64,000 bases of DNA, taken from assembly GCF_004010195.1 (NCBI RefSeq), contig NC_057759.1:1409212-1473211 (forward strand), in the 5' to 3' direction. Made by a program: the position numbers and the translations under genes. This DNA is from Chiloscyllium plagiosum. Lineage: Eukaryota. Below are positions 39,540-52,769 of this stretch, one piece after another. The notes beneath the pieces were generated by a model. It did no database searches and had not been told where the DNA came from. It was given only the letters and a program-made list of their open reading frames with translations. The first letter of the stretch is position 1. Each line of letters opens with the position of its first letter.

Positions 39540-40415
39540 CAGACGGTATGGGTAGTATGTTTGCGGGTGCAAAATTAGCGGTATTTGTGAAGATTATCCA
39601 AGATGGGCCACTGGGCCAAGGAATGGCAGATGGATTTTAAATGCAGGATATTGCATTTTGGTAACGCAAACTAGGGGTAGGACTTAGACAGTTGATGGTA
39701 CGTTCCTGTGGAGTGTTGTCAACGAGAGGGACCTACGGGTGCATTTACATGGCTCCCTGTAAGTGTCCTTGCAGGTAGACAGGGTGGTGATCGTATTTGC
39801 CACGATTGTCTTCATTTGACAAAGCATTGAGTATAGGAATTGGAACGTCATGTTGCAGCTGTACAAGACATTGATAAGGCAATTTTTTTTAGAATATTGC
39901 GTTTAATTCTGGTCGCACTGCGATAGGAAAGTTGTTTTTAAGGTAGAAAGGATACGGAAAAATAAAAGAATGTTACTGGGATTAGAGGGTTGAGTTAAAG
40001 CAGAGGTTGGGACACTTTTCCCTGGAGCATTGGAGGCTGAGGGGTAAACATATAGTGGTTTACAAAATCATGACGGTTAGAGATGAGGAGAATACCAAGG
40101 TTTTTCCCCCCAGTTTTAGGGAGTCCAAAGTGTAGGGCAGAAAATAATGTGAGAGGGGAAAGATTTAAAATGGAGCTGAGGAGCAACATTTTCCAGATAA
40201 AGGATGGTTCATATATGGAATGATGTGCCAGAGGAAACGGGTAGAGATGGTTATAATTACAACATTTAAAAGACATTTGGACAGGTGCATGAATAGGCAA
40301 GATTTAGAGGTATATGGATTAAACACAGGTCAATGGTACTATTTCAGTTTACGAAACTTCTTCGGCATGGACGAAGGGTCCATGGAGGGTCTGTTCCCAA
40401 GTTCTACGACTCTAT
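39540..40415 (+). mobile_element. CR1 3' fragment
   Basis: RT C-terminal motifs and ctctatg 3' end. Confidence 0.85.
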
Positions 40416-42744
40416 GTCTGTTTCACTTTTCAATGTGCTTCCTATGTTTGCGTCTACCTCCGTATTTCATTGCCGTTCCCCCCAACCTCGCCACCACCTG
40501 CCCATTTGTCCCTCTTTTTGCGTTTATGTTCTGCAACCTTCTCCATAACACTCTTTCTGTTAATTAATCCATACTTGCCTTAATATTCCTCATCTTCCAA
40601 GCATATTCTTTATCCGAGGATGTTCTCTCTACAAGAGGATCTATCCAGGCTTTGCATAACAAGGAAATAAGTGATTTGAGTTTGATTAAGAATCGCTTGC
40701 CTACCGTGATGATGTGATAAATCAAATTGACGTTGTCACCTGGGATAAAAGAAGGGCAGAAATTGAGATTTTCTCTACATTTCTTTTAGCAGTGTGACTC
40801 AGTGGTTTACTTTTGACAATTGTTTCTGTGTACGAAACCTTGGTGCCGATTGAAACACAAACCTAAAATGTTTTAAGAAACTGCAGCCCCACTCTTACTT
40901 TGGAGAGAGACTTCTGGTGGTTCAACCACAATTCACAGGAGGGATGTATGAAATGGAGAAAGCTCAAACTGAGTGGCAAATAGCCATTACGGCAAACCAC
41001 CATTATCACTCCTGCAGTCTATTAAATGATGACAAATAAAGATCATTAAATCTATAACCTGTCGACCAGAATGATCACTGGGATGAATGGACTGTCTTAT
41101 GAGTTAAGTCTGGATTAGAGTGGTGCTGGAAAAGCACAGCAGGTCAGGAACCATCCAAGGAGCAGGAAAATCGAAGTTTCGGGCAAATGCACTTCATCAG
41201 GGTTCAATGCTGAGAGAATGTTTACCCTAAAGGGCGAGTCTAGGACCAGAAGATATTCTCAGAAGAAACGGGCATCAATGGATGACTGAGATCAAAAAGA
41301 ATTTCTCCACTCGGAGTGTTGAGTGTCTTTGTAATTGCTACAGAGAAATGTGTGGGTGAGTGGAGTCATTGTATATATTTAGGACTGCGACAGATGGATT
41401 TTTGATCTGTGAATTAAGGGTTACAAGAAAAGTGAACTTGATGGATGTCAGATCAACCACGATCCTATTGAATGGTGGAGTATGCTCGAGGGGCCAAATG
41501 GTCTACTGCTGTTTCTACTTCTTTTTGTCATATGGAATGTGCCCAATCGAGGATTCTGTGCAAGTTTCAAACATGTTCTATAAGCTGCATCTTTATCCAG
41601 TCGGTGCAAGACAGTTTCCCGATGGAGACTGAAAAGCAACATGACGTGCACAGATTTTCTCCTTTTATATGGAGAGGAAAATACACCACACAGCACTCAT
41701 TCCATGATACTGGGCTTTTCAATGAGATAGTTCTTTTCTCCGACACACTGATGCAGTATTGGAAAATCAGGCTGTAAGAATGGGTTATAGCTTTGTCATT
41801 GACATTTCAGACTTATTTTGAGGATACAACTGGATAAAGTTGAATGCAATGGTATCATCTCAAATGGTTGCTTTTACATGATATTTTTTACTTCACTTGA
41901 AGGGAGTCTCCAGCATGATATACACAGTGCCCCAAATATAGCGTCTTGTGTTTTTCCTGTCAGCTTGTTAGGTAGCCGTTCTGACGAAGGGTCACTGGAG
42001 TAGAAACATTAACACACTCTCTCTCTCCACAGATGTTACCAGACCTACTGTTTCTCCTGCACTTTCTGGTGTTATTTTCTTTTGCTCTTTGATCTCAGCA
42101 GTACCCACCACACCAGCATTAAAGTTATTTCAATGCTTGTTTCAAGTTTGTGGCTCTGTCTTTACAGAAAGTGTACAATCATACTGAGAACAGGAATGGT
42201 GTTTAGAATTTTTCCACTAAAACCATACACGTGTATGACTTTCAGAATCACAACGAAAAATGTTATAACCTCATTAACATTAGTGGTATACTTACAAATG
42301 CCATCAATGTCTTTGCTAAGCGTACTTTGAATTGCAGAGGGTGCAGTCCTGAAAATAAAGACATATATTGGCTCAAATGTGCTCCAGATATGATGTGAAT
42401 TCACGACACAAAAATCAATAAGGAACAAATACTCGAAATAACGATGTGTTAATATATAACTGTATATGTTGCATAATGTCAAATATCAGATTTACACTAA
42501 TCATATAACATTCTCACCTCTGAACAGTTAGATGTTAATTTCGACCTGCGGGATATAATACAATAATGCAATGGTGAAGTGTTTCAAACATGATGGGCAA
42601 AGTCAATAATTGTAAAAAAAAACACAAAGAGCTGCAGGGTTGTTCAACATCACAATCGATAACAGAGAATATGAAAGAAACACAGCAGGTGTGACAATAC
42701 CTGTATAGAGGGAACAGACAGAAATCTGAAGCACAAATAAATTC

Positions 42745-43610
42745 TCTTCAGCTTAACAAACAGGTTCAGTTGGCAGTTAGGAAGGCAAATGCAACGTTAG
42801 CTTTCATTTTGAGTGTTAGAATGCAAAAGCAGGGATGTACTGTTATGGCTTTATAAGACTCTGGTCAGACTACATCTGTAATATTGTGAGCGGTTATGGG
42901 CCTTCATCTAAAGAAAGATGTGTTGCCTTGGAGGGGGTCTACAAGAACGAATCTGGGGGGTGAAGGCCTTTTCATTTCAGAAGCGAATAAGGACTCTGGG
43001 TTTGCACTTCGTGGAGTTCAGAAGAATCAGGCGGGGGATCTGATTGAATTTAGGGAATGCTAACAGCCCTGGATACAGCGGCCATGGAGATGTTTGCGCA
43101 AGCATGAGAGACTGGAACTCAAGGGCACAGTCTCAGAATTAAAGACGACCATTTAGATCTGAGATGAGGATTTCCTCAGTTAGACTGTGGCGAATCTGTG
43201 GAACTCATTGCTGCAGAGGTCGTGAAATATCTTTAAAAAATTATTGTATTTAGATAGGTTATTGATTGGTAAGGGGATCAAGGATACATGGAATGGGGTT
43301 GAGAAACATATCAGCCATTATCGAATGGTGGGGCATTATGGATGGGCTGAATGGCCTAATTCTGGTCCAATACCTTATGGTCTTATTATCTTTTAAGCTG
43401 CTTGACAGAGTCAATGTTGAGAGGACTTTCCTTCTCACTGTTTGGTCTACGACCAGAGGGAACAGTGTCAGAGTAAAGAGGCGCTAAATGATGACTGAGT
43501 TGAGGAGGAATTTCTTCTCTCAGAGGGTTGAGAGTCTGTAGAGCTCTTTGCCAAAGGGAGCTGTGTGTGGGATCAGTGTCCTTGCGTAAATCCAAGGCTG
43601 AGATATTGCA
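42745..43610 (+). mobile_element. CR1 3' fragments
   Basis: KANATLAFI and LYKTLVRLHL motifs, 3' UTR. Confidence 0.8.
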
Positions 43611-43957
43611 CTTATATTACATCACACTCGAATCTATGGAGTATAGGTAGTTCATTAAATGAATTATTGGACCATAGCTAACACCTGGTATCAGGTTCTA
43701 TAAAATGATGTCTCATTGAAGTATATAATTTATATAATTGAAGTATACAATTTATAAGGTGCATCTGTGTATGTTTCGATATTCTCCAGTTTGCGATTAC
43801 AATATTTTGCAGAACAAAAACATTTCTGTAAGGTGGAGGCATGGTATATCCTGTAATTTATCAGATAGAGCTAATTTACTACGCCGTTCTGGCAGCAGTT
43901 GGTATTCCAAGTTAGTTACTGAAACAAAGCAAGAAAAATTGCAAAGTAATCGCTTAC

Positions 43958-44049
43958 CTTGTATTCATTTTTTCTGTCCTGTTATATCAGTGTCATAAAT
44001 ATTTGTTCTTTATTTTCAATCTTCAACGCTGTTTTTGTGGAAACTGTCC
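43958..44049 (-). pseudogene. Candidate cytoplasmic exon of the FcR-like pseudogene
   Basis: tttctcatattgcag|G acceptor and AAG|gtaagc donor; (G)TVSTKTALKIENKEQIFMTLI*QDRKNEYK. Confidence 0.4.
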
Positions 44050-44148
44050 CTGCAATATGAGAAATCAGAAATAATTGAGATTAAGGAATGACCAACTGTC
44101 GTTCGTTGAGTTTCATGTGTAGTTTAAAACTTTTTTTTATTACACATA

Positions 44149-44221
44149 ATGTCTTATTTCAGTCTGATTTTTTTTTCTTCAAGGTACTCGATCATTCCTC
44201 TTAGCTGTAATGGTCTTTCTG
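44149..44221 (+). pseudogene. Candidate exon 1 of the GPR139-like pseudogene
   Basis: ATG, 24 codons ending ...NGLS, and a phase-1 G|gtagct donor compatible with the phase-1 acceptor at 44941. Confidence 0.3.
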
Positions 44222-44940
44222 GTAGCTGTGAGTGTTTGTGAAATTTAACTTCATTCTTTGATCTGAATGTAGTCAACCCGTTTGTAGTTTAATGTCATGC
44301 CCTTTCAGAAAATCAGAAACTCAGATATGATTATATAACACTTGATTGAAAATGTACGTAAGCTTGCAGGCACATTTCCTATTTCTAGATGCTCCAGATA
44401 TATTCATGATCAAATGTTCAAATGGCATTCCAGCATTATGTGATATGCAGATCAGTTGATATCAAATCTTTAGCTGTGAATACCTTGCTCCTAAAAGATG
44501 CATTGTCACAAAAACAACAAATTTAACCTCATTGTGAGCTGCAACACTCAAAAGATCATTCTTACTGTTGTTTAACGTACAATGAACTTTGCAAAGTAAT
44601 TCAAAATTTCTAGATGCATACAGTATAACCAGAAAGAACAGACCGTTTGCACATAAAGGGATCTCGTTATGTTCTATGTACTGAAAGTGTTGCACGCTTT
44701 TATTTTGATCATGAAAATTGTTGATACAATTCAAAATTAAATTTAAATAATTTTATCTGTTAATTTGTTCCAGTCATCAACACAATCATGAAATGTATCT
44801 AAATTCAACTTTATATTACAAATAGATCCAGAAATATCATAGTTTAATCCATTAAGAAGCAAATTCATTTGATTCTTTGAAAGTACAAAAGAGTCTATGA
44901 TACCCTCAGAGTATTTTTTTACATTTCTGTTTTCTTACAG

Positions 44941-45836
44941 TTAATTTATCAGCAATTGTGATCTTAGCACGAGGCAAGTGTGGTCTCTCCAAATGCATTA
45001 CTACATACCTTCTGGCAATGGCACTCGTGGACCTTGCTGTGGTTGTACTCCATGTGATATTATACAGGATTAATATCATGCATATGTCCATTAGTTTCCT
45101 TTTTTAACGCTAGTGTGCACCGTAAACCTAATCACCTATATTGTATGTGTTGGTTGTTCTGTATGATTTACTGTGGAATTCACTTTTGATTGCTTTGTTG
45201 CAATTTGCTTTCAGAAGTTTCAGTCAAAATCCTGCACGAGGAGAAATGCAATTGCAGTTGTTGTCACTTTATTTGTGTTGAGCTGCCTGAGGACCATCCC
45301 CTTTTATTTTATGTTTGCACCAGCTTTAATCATTGTTAATGTGCAGTGGCATTGCGTTCAGACGCATGATTATCTCATCTCGCCTTTATGGGCAGCATTT
45401 GAATGCATTCACAGCGCCATAACACCACTATTACCAATCCTGTTTATCTTGTCTTTCAACTGTCAGACATATATTAACAGCAAATCGAGCCCACAAGATA
45501 CTTCTAAAAAGTACTGAGTGTCAGAATGATTCAGAGATCAAAAATCACAGAAAATCTATGATTTTGCTTTTCACTACTTCTGCTAATTTCATAATCCTGC
45601 GGATGGTATATGTTATGTATTCGATCAAATGGCCAGTCGTAAATGCTTTTTACAAAGACAAATATTACAGCAGTCCCATATATATTGCGCAACAGTTTGT
45701 TTTTATATTGCAGCTTCTTAGTTCCTGCACAACCATTTGTATTTATGGATTGACACAGAGGAAATTCAGAGAGGAGTTGAAGAATGGTTTCAAATTCCTG
45801 TTCACAATCAACGGGAAGTTATGTCAACAACAATAA
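44941..45836 (+). pseudogene. GPR139-like class A GPCR pseudogene (main exon)
   Basis: ttcttacag| VNLSAIVILARGKCGLSKCITTYLLAMALVDL, CSV*FTVEFTFDCFVAIC, RKSMILLF, QLLSSCTTICIYGLTQRKFREELK. Frameshift at about 45105, TGA at 45164-66, deletion at about 45460. Confidence 0.9.
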
Positions 45837-47729
45837 ATAGCTTTGATTGTGGATAAACATGTAGATTGACAATTTACATGCAATTACATTCGTGCAACTC
45901 AATTGGATCGAAACATATGAATTACGTGTAAAAGTACACGTTTTGATACATGAAGGCTGCTGTAACACTCAATGTGATCAGATCTCGTTTCTGATTGTTG
46001 TTCAGTCCTGGCTTTCATTCTCAGAATCTCGATATCACCGGCAAGGCCAGTATTTATTGCTCACCTCAGAGGATAAGCAATGAGCAGGTCCCAGGCTAAT
46101 CTGCTGGCCCAGATCGCAGCCTGAGATATGATCCCAGGCCTATGGCTAGTCCAAGGTGCAGGATGGCAATTTTTATACCAGTGCAGACCATGTGAACTCA
46201 ACATCAGCTGCATTAGCCAGGTTGGCCCTGCATGTGCTCATAACAGTGACAACGTTAGTGGAGGCGAATTGACACAACGGAGTAGCGCCTCTATGTAACA
46301 GAAGCAGCAGCGTGTTGAACTGCAGTTGCAGCTGTATTTTTGGTTTAGCTGCAGGGACTCTAGGCATCACAGTGGAGAAGCCCAGATCCAGGCCTGTTGC
46401 TAAGCTCCAAGGAGGAGCTGTTCCAAATGCCACCTAAATTGATTGTTAAAAAAAGACTATAATATGAACATTATTGTTTTATTTTTCTGGTTTCGTGTTC
46501 TTTGTTTTGGTTTATTTTCTGTGTATTAAGATGGTGTCAAGAGTGTCAACACTAAACAACATTTTTCACTGTATTTGTAAAAAAAATGCAAGTAACAATA
46601 ATTTAAAAAGTCAGCTAAGAGTCAACCATACTTTCATCGATCTAGAGTCCAGCCCAGATAAGAATAGCAGTTTCCTTCCCAAATGAGCATTAATGTTACT
46701 GTTGACTACACTTCTGCATTAAACGTAAACTTTAAGTGCCTAACATTATACTTCACTTTGCAATAGAATTATTAATCCTGAACTAGCATTACTAGATCAG
46801 AAGCTTCTTAATGATAATCAAATTCCTATCCATTTGAGATGACACTCAGAATGACCAGATAGTATTGCAGAATGGGTAAGCAATATATTGCAGATGCTGG
46901 AAACCAGCTAACAAAAACTAGAAAAATCTAATGCCGAGAAACCCATTGAGTCTAGTATCATCTGTATATGAAGAAAAATAGTCCACTTTCTAAATCATCT
47001 GTAAATCACCTTCAAAACTGAAAGGGAATGGAATTGACTTTTTTCATGTTGCTGATAGGGACAGAGATAGAAAATATAGCCCAGAGAAAACGGCAAACCT
47101 GTATGTTTGCATTAATCATATAAATGCGCAATCCACAGTCCAACATCGAAGCAAAAGCTAAATGTTAAAATATATAAAGGGGTCTGTTGTGTTGAGAGAA
47201 AAAACATCAACCCACAATGAAAACACCGAATCGAGGCGAGGGCAATAGTTAATGTAATAACCTACAGGACAATATACTTAGGTTGGAGTTTTTGAACTCA
47301 ATGTTAGATGTTCGTCATTACAAAGTAACTAAGGAGACTAATATTTTATTTTGTACCAATTTGGAGCGAGTTCACTGGAACATTGCTATAAGCATAAACT
47401 GGAAATTTGATCATAGGCGGAAAATGTTGTATTAAATGGCAAGTAACTGGGAACTCAAGAACAGTTTTGCAGACAAAAGCGAAGGTGAGCCACAAAGAGG
47501 ACTCATATTCTGCAGGTGGTTTTGCTGATATAAAAGAAAATGCAGTGCTTAGTTTTAATACTTTTATACGGAGATATATTTATAAAATTATGAAGAGAAA
47601 TAAGGACAGGTCCAGCATGCAGATATTCAACCTTTACAACCTAGTTCTATAAGTATTTCTGCATTTTAAAAAATTCTTAATTCACACCTGGGACATAGAC
47701 TTCACTGAATAGGTCAGCATTTATTTTCT

Positions 47730-48310
47730 ATTTCCAGCTGCAGTTGTGGAAGGTGGGGGAGGGATTTTCCACCGACTCACAACCTCTCCACATTGGAGAG
47801 AATTCCTTTCTTATCTCTATTTTGAAACTGCCTCACCCCGTTCAACTGAAACGATCACCTCTTGTTCTCGACTTCCCACATGAGAAAACATCCTCTCTCC
47901 ATCTCCTTTGTCAATTCCCCCTTTAGCGTCTAATATTCCTCACTTCGATCTCCTCCCGCACAACACCAGAAAACCTGCTCTATATCTGATCTAAAACAAA
48001 AACTTCAGCTCTGGAAATGAACGAATCTCCTCTGAACTCCCTCCAATTCAATTGCATCGCTCCTCAAGTCAGGGGACAAAAATTGTACGCAGTTCTCCGG
48101 ATGAGGAAATCCCTATACCATGTACAGTGACAATAACACTTCAATACTTGCATACCCCATTCCTTTCGCAATAAATACTTTCTTATTACTTGTTGTAGCT
48201 GTGTACTATTTTCTGAACTTCATGCAGAAGGACACCCGGATTCCTCTGCACCGGCACATTTTGAAAATTCTCTCCCATTCACAAGAAAACAAATGCCTTT
48301 TTCAATTCTT
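47730..48310 (-). mobile_element. CR1 fragment (decayed)
   Basis: Antisense CR1 3' region motifs. Confidence 0.6.
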
Positions 48311-48331
48311 CCATACAATGTATAGCCTCAC

Positions 48332-48415
48332 CACTGTTGGGACTGACCCACGCATAGTTCAGTCTCAAACAGAAATCTAAAGAGTGTCCTTGATATGAAC
48401 TGTTGGGCTTGAGAT
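48332..48415 (-). pseudogene. FcR-like cytoplasmic exon with ITIM-like LNYAWV
   Basis: ...SSYQGHSLDFCLRLNYAWVSPNS G|gtgagg; acceptor not intact. Confidence 0.45.
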
Positions 48416-48561
48416 TTGCAAAACACTCAGACACAAACGTCCATTTGCCCCAACTCGTCTTACAAATACAAAGTGGCTGGGTTTACACCCCAGAGGGATT
48501 CTCAGCCCAATTGGACTGTGTTTGAATGATGTTAGAAGATTCTTCGACCTCACTAACTTGC

Positions 48562-48592
48562 CTGCATCGTCGGGAACTGCTGGAAGAATGAG
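48562..48592 (-). pseudogene. Candidate short juxtamembrane exon
   Basis: aattttctccag| (A)HSSSSSRRC AG|gcaagt (GC donor). Confidence 0.35.
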
Positions 48593-49295
48593 CTGGAGAA
48601 AATTAGAGATAAAAATATGGGAATATTTTTCTACAAGTATTCCCTGTCACGTGCTTGCAAATAAATCTAGTATTTTTTTGACTGATGTGAAAGCAACAAT
48701 TATTCGAATGATCATCTTTCATTTATGTCTGTGCTGACCAATCCACTGACCACAGCAATTTACTTTGTACGTCAGCACTTTTAATTTGGTCTGCCAACCA
48801 TTCGCCCTGCCCACATCCTCACAAAATACCTTTCTACACAGTGTTTCATAATTTGTCTTTTTCATTCACAACAACAGACGTGTTTATTGACCCCCATCCC
48901 AAGTTGCCCCCGTGAGAAGATAATGGGGAGCTGCATTCTGGAACTGCTGCAGTCCATGTGATGTAGGTAGATCCAAAATACTTTTATGGCGGGAATTCCA
49001 GCATGTTGACCGCAGGAACAGACGATATATTTCCAGGTCAGGACAGTGCGTGGCTCGTAATGGTGGCGTCCCAAATATCTGCTGCCCTTACCCTTCCAGA
49101 TAAAAGTGGTCGTGGGTTTTAAAGGGGTTTCCTGAGGATCTTTGGTGAACTTATGCAGTGCATCGTGTTGACAGCCCACACTGTTGCTTCAGAGTGTTGG
49201 TGGTGGAGGGAGGAAGGAGAAGGATATGGCAACACATACACACACACACACACAGAGCATTTCAAATAAACATTACACGAGTGATATTAGTTTGA

Positions 49296-49424
49296 GGAGA
49301 AAGTGAGGTCTGCAGATGCTGGAGATCACAGATGGAAATGTGTTGCTGGAAAAGCGCAGCAGGTCAGGCAGCATCTAGGGAACAGGAGAATCGACGTTTC
49401 CGGCATTAGCCCTTCTTCAGGAAG
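49296..49424 (-). mobile_element. Solo Penelope-type terminal repeat with hammerhead ribozyme motif
   Basis: Minus strand CTGAAGA-agGGC-taat-GCCg-GAAAC-GTC (49393-49420), flanked by the 13-bp direct repeat gatattagtttga (49283-95 and 49425-37). Confidence 0.8.
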
Positions 49425-49501
49425 GATATTAGTTTGAAACTCACATTGGGTCCCGATTGGAGAATGATCACTGGCATTACCTGCCAAAGTGTCTCACACA
49501 C

Positions 49502-49602
49502 CTTTACTCCTTTTCTGGAGTTTAATGGGAAACAATGCGAGGAGAGAAATATCAGAAACAGTGGGACAATGAGTACTGCCATCTCAGCGCTGTGTGTCTG
49601 TG
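49502..49602 (-). pseudogene. FcR-like transmembrane exon
   Basis: QTHSAEMAVLIVPLFLIF, frameshift, LLALFPIKLQKRSK G|gtgtgt; acceptor reads AA instead of AG. Confidence 0.65.
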
Positions 49603-49999
49603 TTGGATTCAGAGAAGGATTTCCTATCAATAAAATCATTCTTTCAGCAAACGCCAATCCCAGTGTTCCCTTTTCCCTTTTGTCCCGATCCCTTGCCAAC
49701 ACCAGTCCATTTGTAGGGAAATGTTCGTGTCTGTAAAATTCACTCTGAACTCTTACCATCGCAGTGACATCACTATTTCGGTGCAGCCTCTCTCATTAAC
49801 AACATCCCACCAATCCAACCCAGACTAATTGGTGCTAAACTCAAAAGATTGCTCAAAACCCAATCTCTCCAAATTGTCGACGAGAAATTATTGTCCCTCA
49901 TTTTCACTGCTGGCATGTATTAAGATAAAACTTCAATTTGTCCTCAATTTGTCAGCGGCAACTGGGCCATTCCCAGAGAAACATCGAAAATAGCATCAG

Positions 50000-50600
50000 C
50001 AGGAAGCTAATAGGCGCCACCAGCCTGCTCCACCCATTGAATGAGATCACGGATAAGCATCCAGCTTGATCCTGTGTCTCCCCACGCTCTCAGTTCAACC
50101 CTTGAGAGCTCTATCCAACTGCTTCCTGAACAACATTGAGTATTCTGGCCCTGACTGCTTTCTGTGGCAGAGAATTCCACATTCTCCTCACTGTCTAGTT
50201 GAAGACATTACCCCCCATCTCACTCCTACTCTGTCTACGTTAGACTGTCACTCCCTGGTTCTGGACTTTCCATCCATTCATCAGGAACACCCTCCCTGTG
50301 TGTACTCTGCCCCGTCCATATTCGAATTCTTTAGATTTCTATGAGATTTCCCTCCTCGATCTTCTAAACTCCAGTTGATATACTCCTAATTTTAACCAAT
50401 CCAATGTCTCTCCACCTGTCCGCCCTGCCATCTCAGGAATCAATCTGAGAAATGTTTGTCTCATTTCCTCTGTAGCCAGAATATTATTTATCGCATGCAG
50501 AGACCCCAAACTGCATGCAGAGTTCTTCAGGGCGTGGTCTCACCCTTTTCAATATTAGCGACAGATCCCTGTTCCTGGACTTGAATCCTCTTACTAAAAG
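50000..50600 (-). mobile_element. CR1 3' fragment
   Basis: Antisense CR1 end (ctgtggcagagaattccaca...cttctaaactcca). Confidence 0.7.
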
Positions 50601-50847
50601 GTCTCATTTATCGAAGAAAGGATGTTACGCTCTCTCTCTCTCTCTCTCTAAAGATGCTGCCAGAACTACTGATTTTCTCCAGCACTTTGTGTTTATAACA
50701 TGTAATGTCAACTGTTTCTCATGCTGTCTCCATAGATGCTGCCCGATCTGCTGAGTCTTTCCCGCAATTTTTTACACTGGTCATATCACGTCTTCAGCTG
50801 GAGTCCAGTGAAGAATAAACACGGATCACAGATGAAGAATGGATTAC

Positions 50848-51124
50848 CTGGCACTGTGAGGTCTATGGCATTGCTGGTTAGATTAGATATTGTTCCACTG
50901 GGACCCTTTTTGATTGCAACAGTCTTGGTGTTGAGACTGGACGGATTCAATGGCCAGATCTTTCCTGTCTGAGCTGAGGTTGTAATTTCCGCTGGCACTG
51001 TTTAGGGCTTTCTGAAAGTAGGGTCCTGTATGTTGGCTCAATACATACTCTAGAAGGAGACGATTTCCAATCGGATCCTCCGTTTTATTGCCTTTGTGAG
51101 TGAGACAAATCCCAGCAACGGCAA
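50848..51124 (-). pseudogene. FcR-like Ig exon D4 (membrane-proximal), paralog of 4862-5177
   Basis: tcttttgttccag| AVAGICLTHKGNKTEDPIGNRLLLEY..GNYNLSSDRKDLAIESVQSQH../..NLTSNAIDLTVP G|gtaatc; first Cys replaced by Tyr, deletion and frameshift. Confidence 0.75.
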
Positions 51125-51289
51125 CTGGAACAAAAGAAGACAAAGAGGATATAAAAGATCAGGTGCTGAAATTGTCTTTTTTCTGGATGTTATCTCCGTC
51201 TCTTGTAAAATAAAACACAATTTGAAAGATTTATTTTAACTATGTATGGCCAAACGGTACATCAGCCAACCATTGCTCACTTGACTTTC

Positions 51290-51730
51290 AATACACCCCC
51301 CATGCGACTCTCAACATCCTGGGGGGTACCATCACTATCCCCACCCCACCACACTATTCACATCCTGGGAGTTAACGTCACTGTCCCCACACCCACCTCA
51401 GTATCAACATCATGGGGGTTAATGTCACCCTCCCCACCCCCACCCTACTATTAACATCCTGGGGTTTACTGTCACTGTCCCCACATCCATCCCACCATTA
51501 CCATCCTGGGAGTTACAGTCACTGTCCCCACCCTCATCCCACTGTTAAAATCCAGGGACATACCATCACTGACCCCACATCCACCCCACTATCAACATCG
51601 TAGGGGTTACTGTCATGTCCCCACCCAAACCCGACTACCAACTGTTGGTCACCGTGACCTACCACCCTCACCCAACAATCAAGATCCTGCGGGTTATCAT
51701 TGCTGTCCCCAGCCCCCCGCACTATTTACT
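51290..51730. repeat. ~46-47-bp minisatellite, about 9 copies
   Basis: acatcctggg-like motif at 51314, 51360, 51407, 51454...; unit approx. ccccaccccaccctactatcaacatcctggggttactgtcactgt. Confidence 0.85.
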
Positions 51731-51809
51731 TCCTCGTGTTGACCATCAGCCTTATCCAACTCTTATTGTCAAAGCTTCTAACTTTTTTTGATGAATTGAT
51801 TAACATGGA

Positions 51810-52240
51810 ATCGTGGAGTCAGAGGTCTACAGTATAGAAAAAAGTCCCTTCAGCCGATTGAATCCATACCGTTCAAAAGCAAACGTATCCCAACTCTCTA
51901 ATTTCATTTTCCCAGTGCTTGGATTCAAAGAATCATGTAGCACCGAAACAGACCCTTCAACCCAACTTGTCAATCCGGAACAGGTCTTACAAACTGAACT
52001 AGTCCACTTGCCTGCGTTTGGACCATATCCCTCTAAACCTTTCCTATCCATGCATCTGCTCAAATATCTTTTAATGTTGCATTTGTTCCCTCTTCAACCA
52101 GTTCCTCTGGTAGGTCATTCCATATACACACCACCTTTTTGTGTGAAAAAGTTGCCCATTATGTCTCCTTTAAAACTTACCCTTCTCACCTTAAACCAAT
52201 GTCATGTAATTTTAGACTACCTGCCCTGCGGAAAAGACCT
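51810..52240 (-). mobile_element. CR1 3' ends
   Basis: MDRKGLEGYGPNAGKW, the CR1 terminal peptide. Confidence 0.85.
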
Positions 52241-52491
52241 TAGCCCGATTTCTGCAGAAAATAGAAGTGAAATGTCGACGGCCATTTAATCTGACTATAG
52301 CCTTGGCATCAGAAGTGCACATCTAAATCGGTTTCTGATTCTCCTATTCTTACACGCAGTGAATTCCAGATTCCCACCGCCCTCTGGATGAAAATCTTCC
52401 AGATTTCCATTGCCCTCTGGATGATTAACCCTTACATTTCCAACGGTTTGAATAACAGAGAAAAAATGAAAGAAAAGGAAATGTAGCTTAT

Positions 52492-52769
52492 GCTTGATTG
52501 AACTGGGAACCATGTCGCTCTTTTTAATTGGTTTACTGTCGCGAGTGGCAACTTTACATTGGTAAGTCCTGGAATGGGGTGGATTATTTCCTCTGTTGTA
52601 TAAATGCTCTTCTCTGAAGGCAAATTGAGAGATTCTCTTTTTTTTGTAAAATATGCAAAACGGGGGTGATCATCGTGAAAGAGTTCAGCCAAACAGAAAG
52701 TGTTAAAGTGTTCACCAATGAATACTTCCACGTCGGGGTCATCTTGCAGCTTTGGGTCAGAGCAGAGAT
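52492..52769 (-). pseudogene. FcR-like Ig exon D3
   Basis: DLCSDPKLQDDPDVEVFIGEHFNTFC...FAYFTKKRESLN...(-1 shift) HSRTYQCKVATRDSKPIKKSDMVPSSIK; 278 bp; both splice sites mutated. Confidence 0.7.

Noticed and set aside
44470..44540. Additional minus-strand cytoplasmic exon (AHNEVKFVVFVTM)
   Set aside because: Weak splice context and no Tyr motif; insufficient support.
44941..45836. Functional GPCR or the true GPR139 ortholog
   Set aside because: Multiple independent lesions; it looks like a member of the expanded GPR139-like family, so no symbol is assigned.
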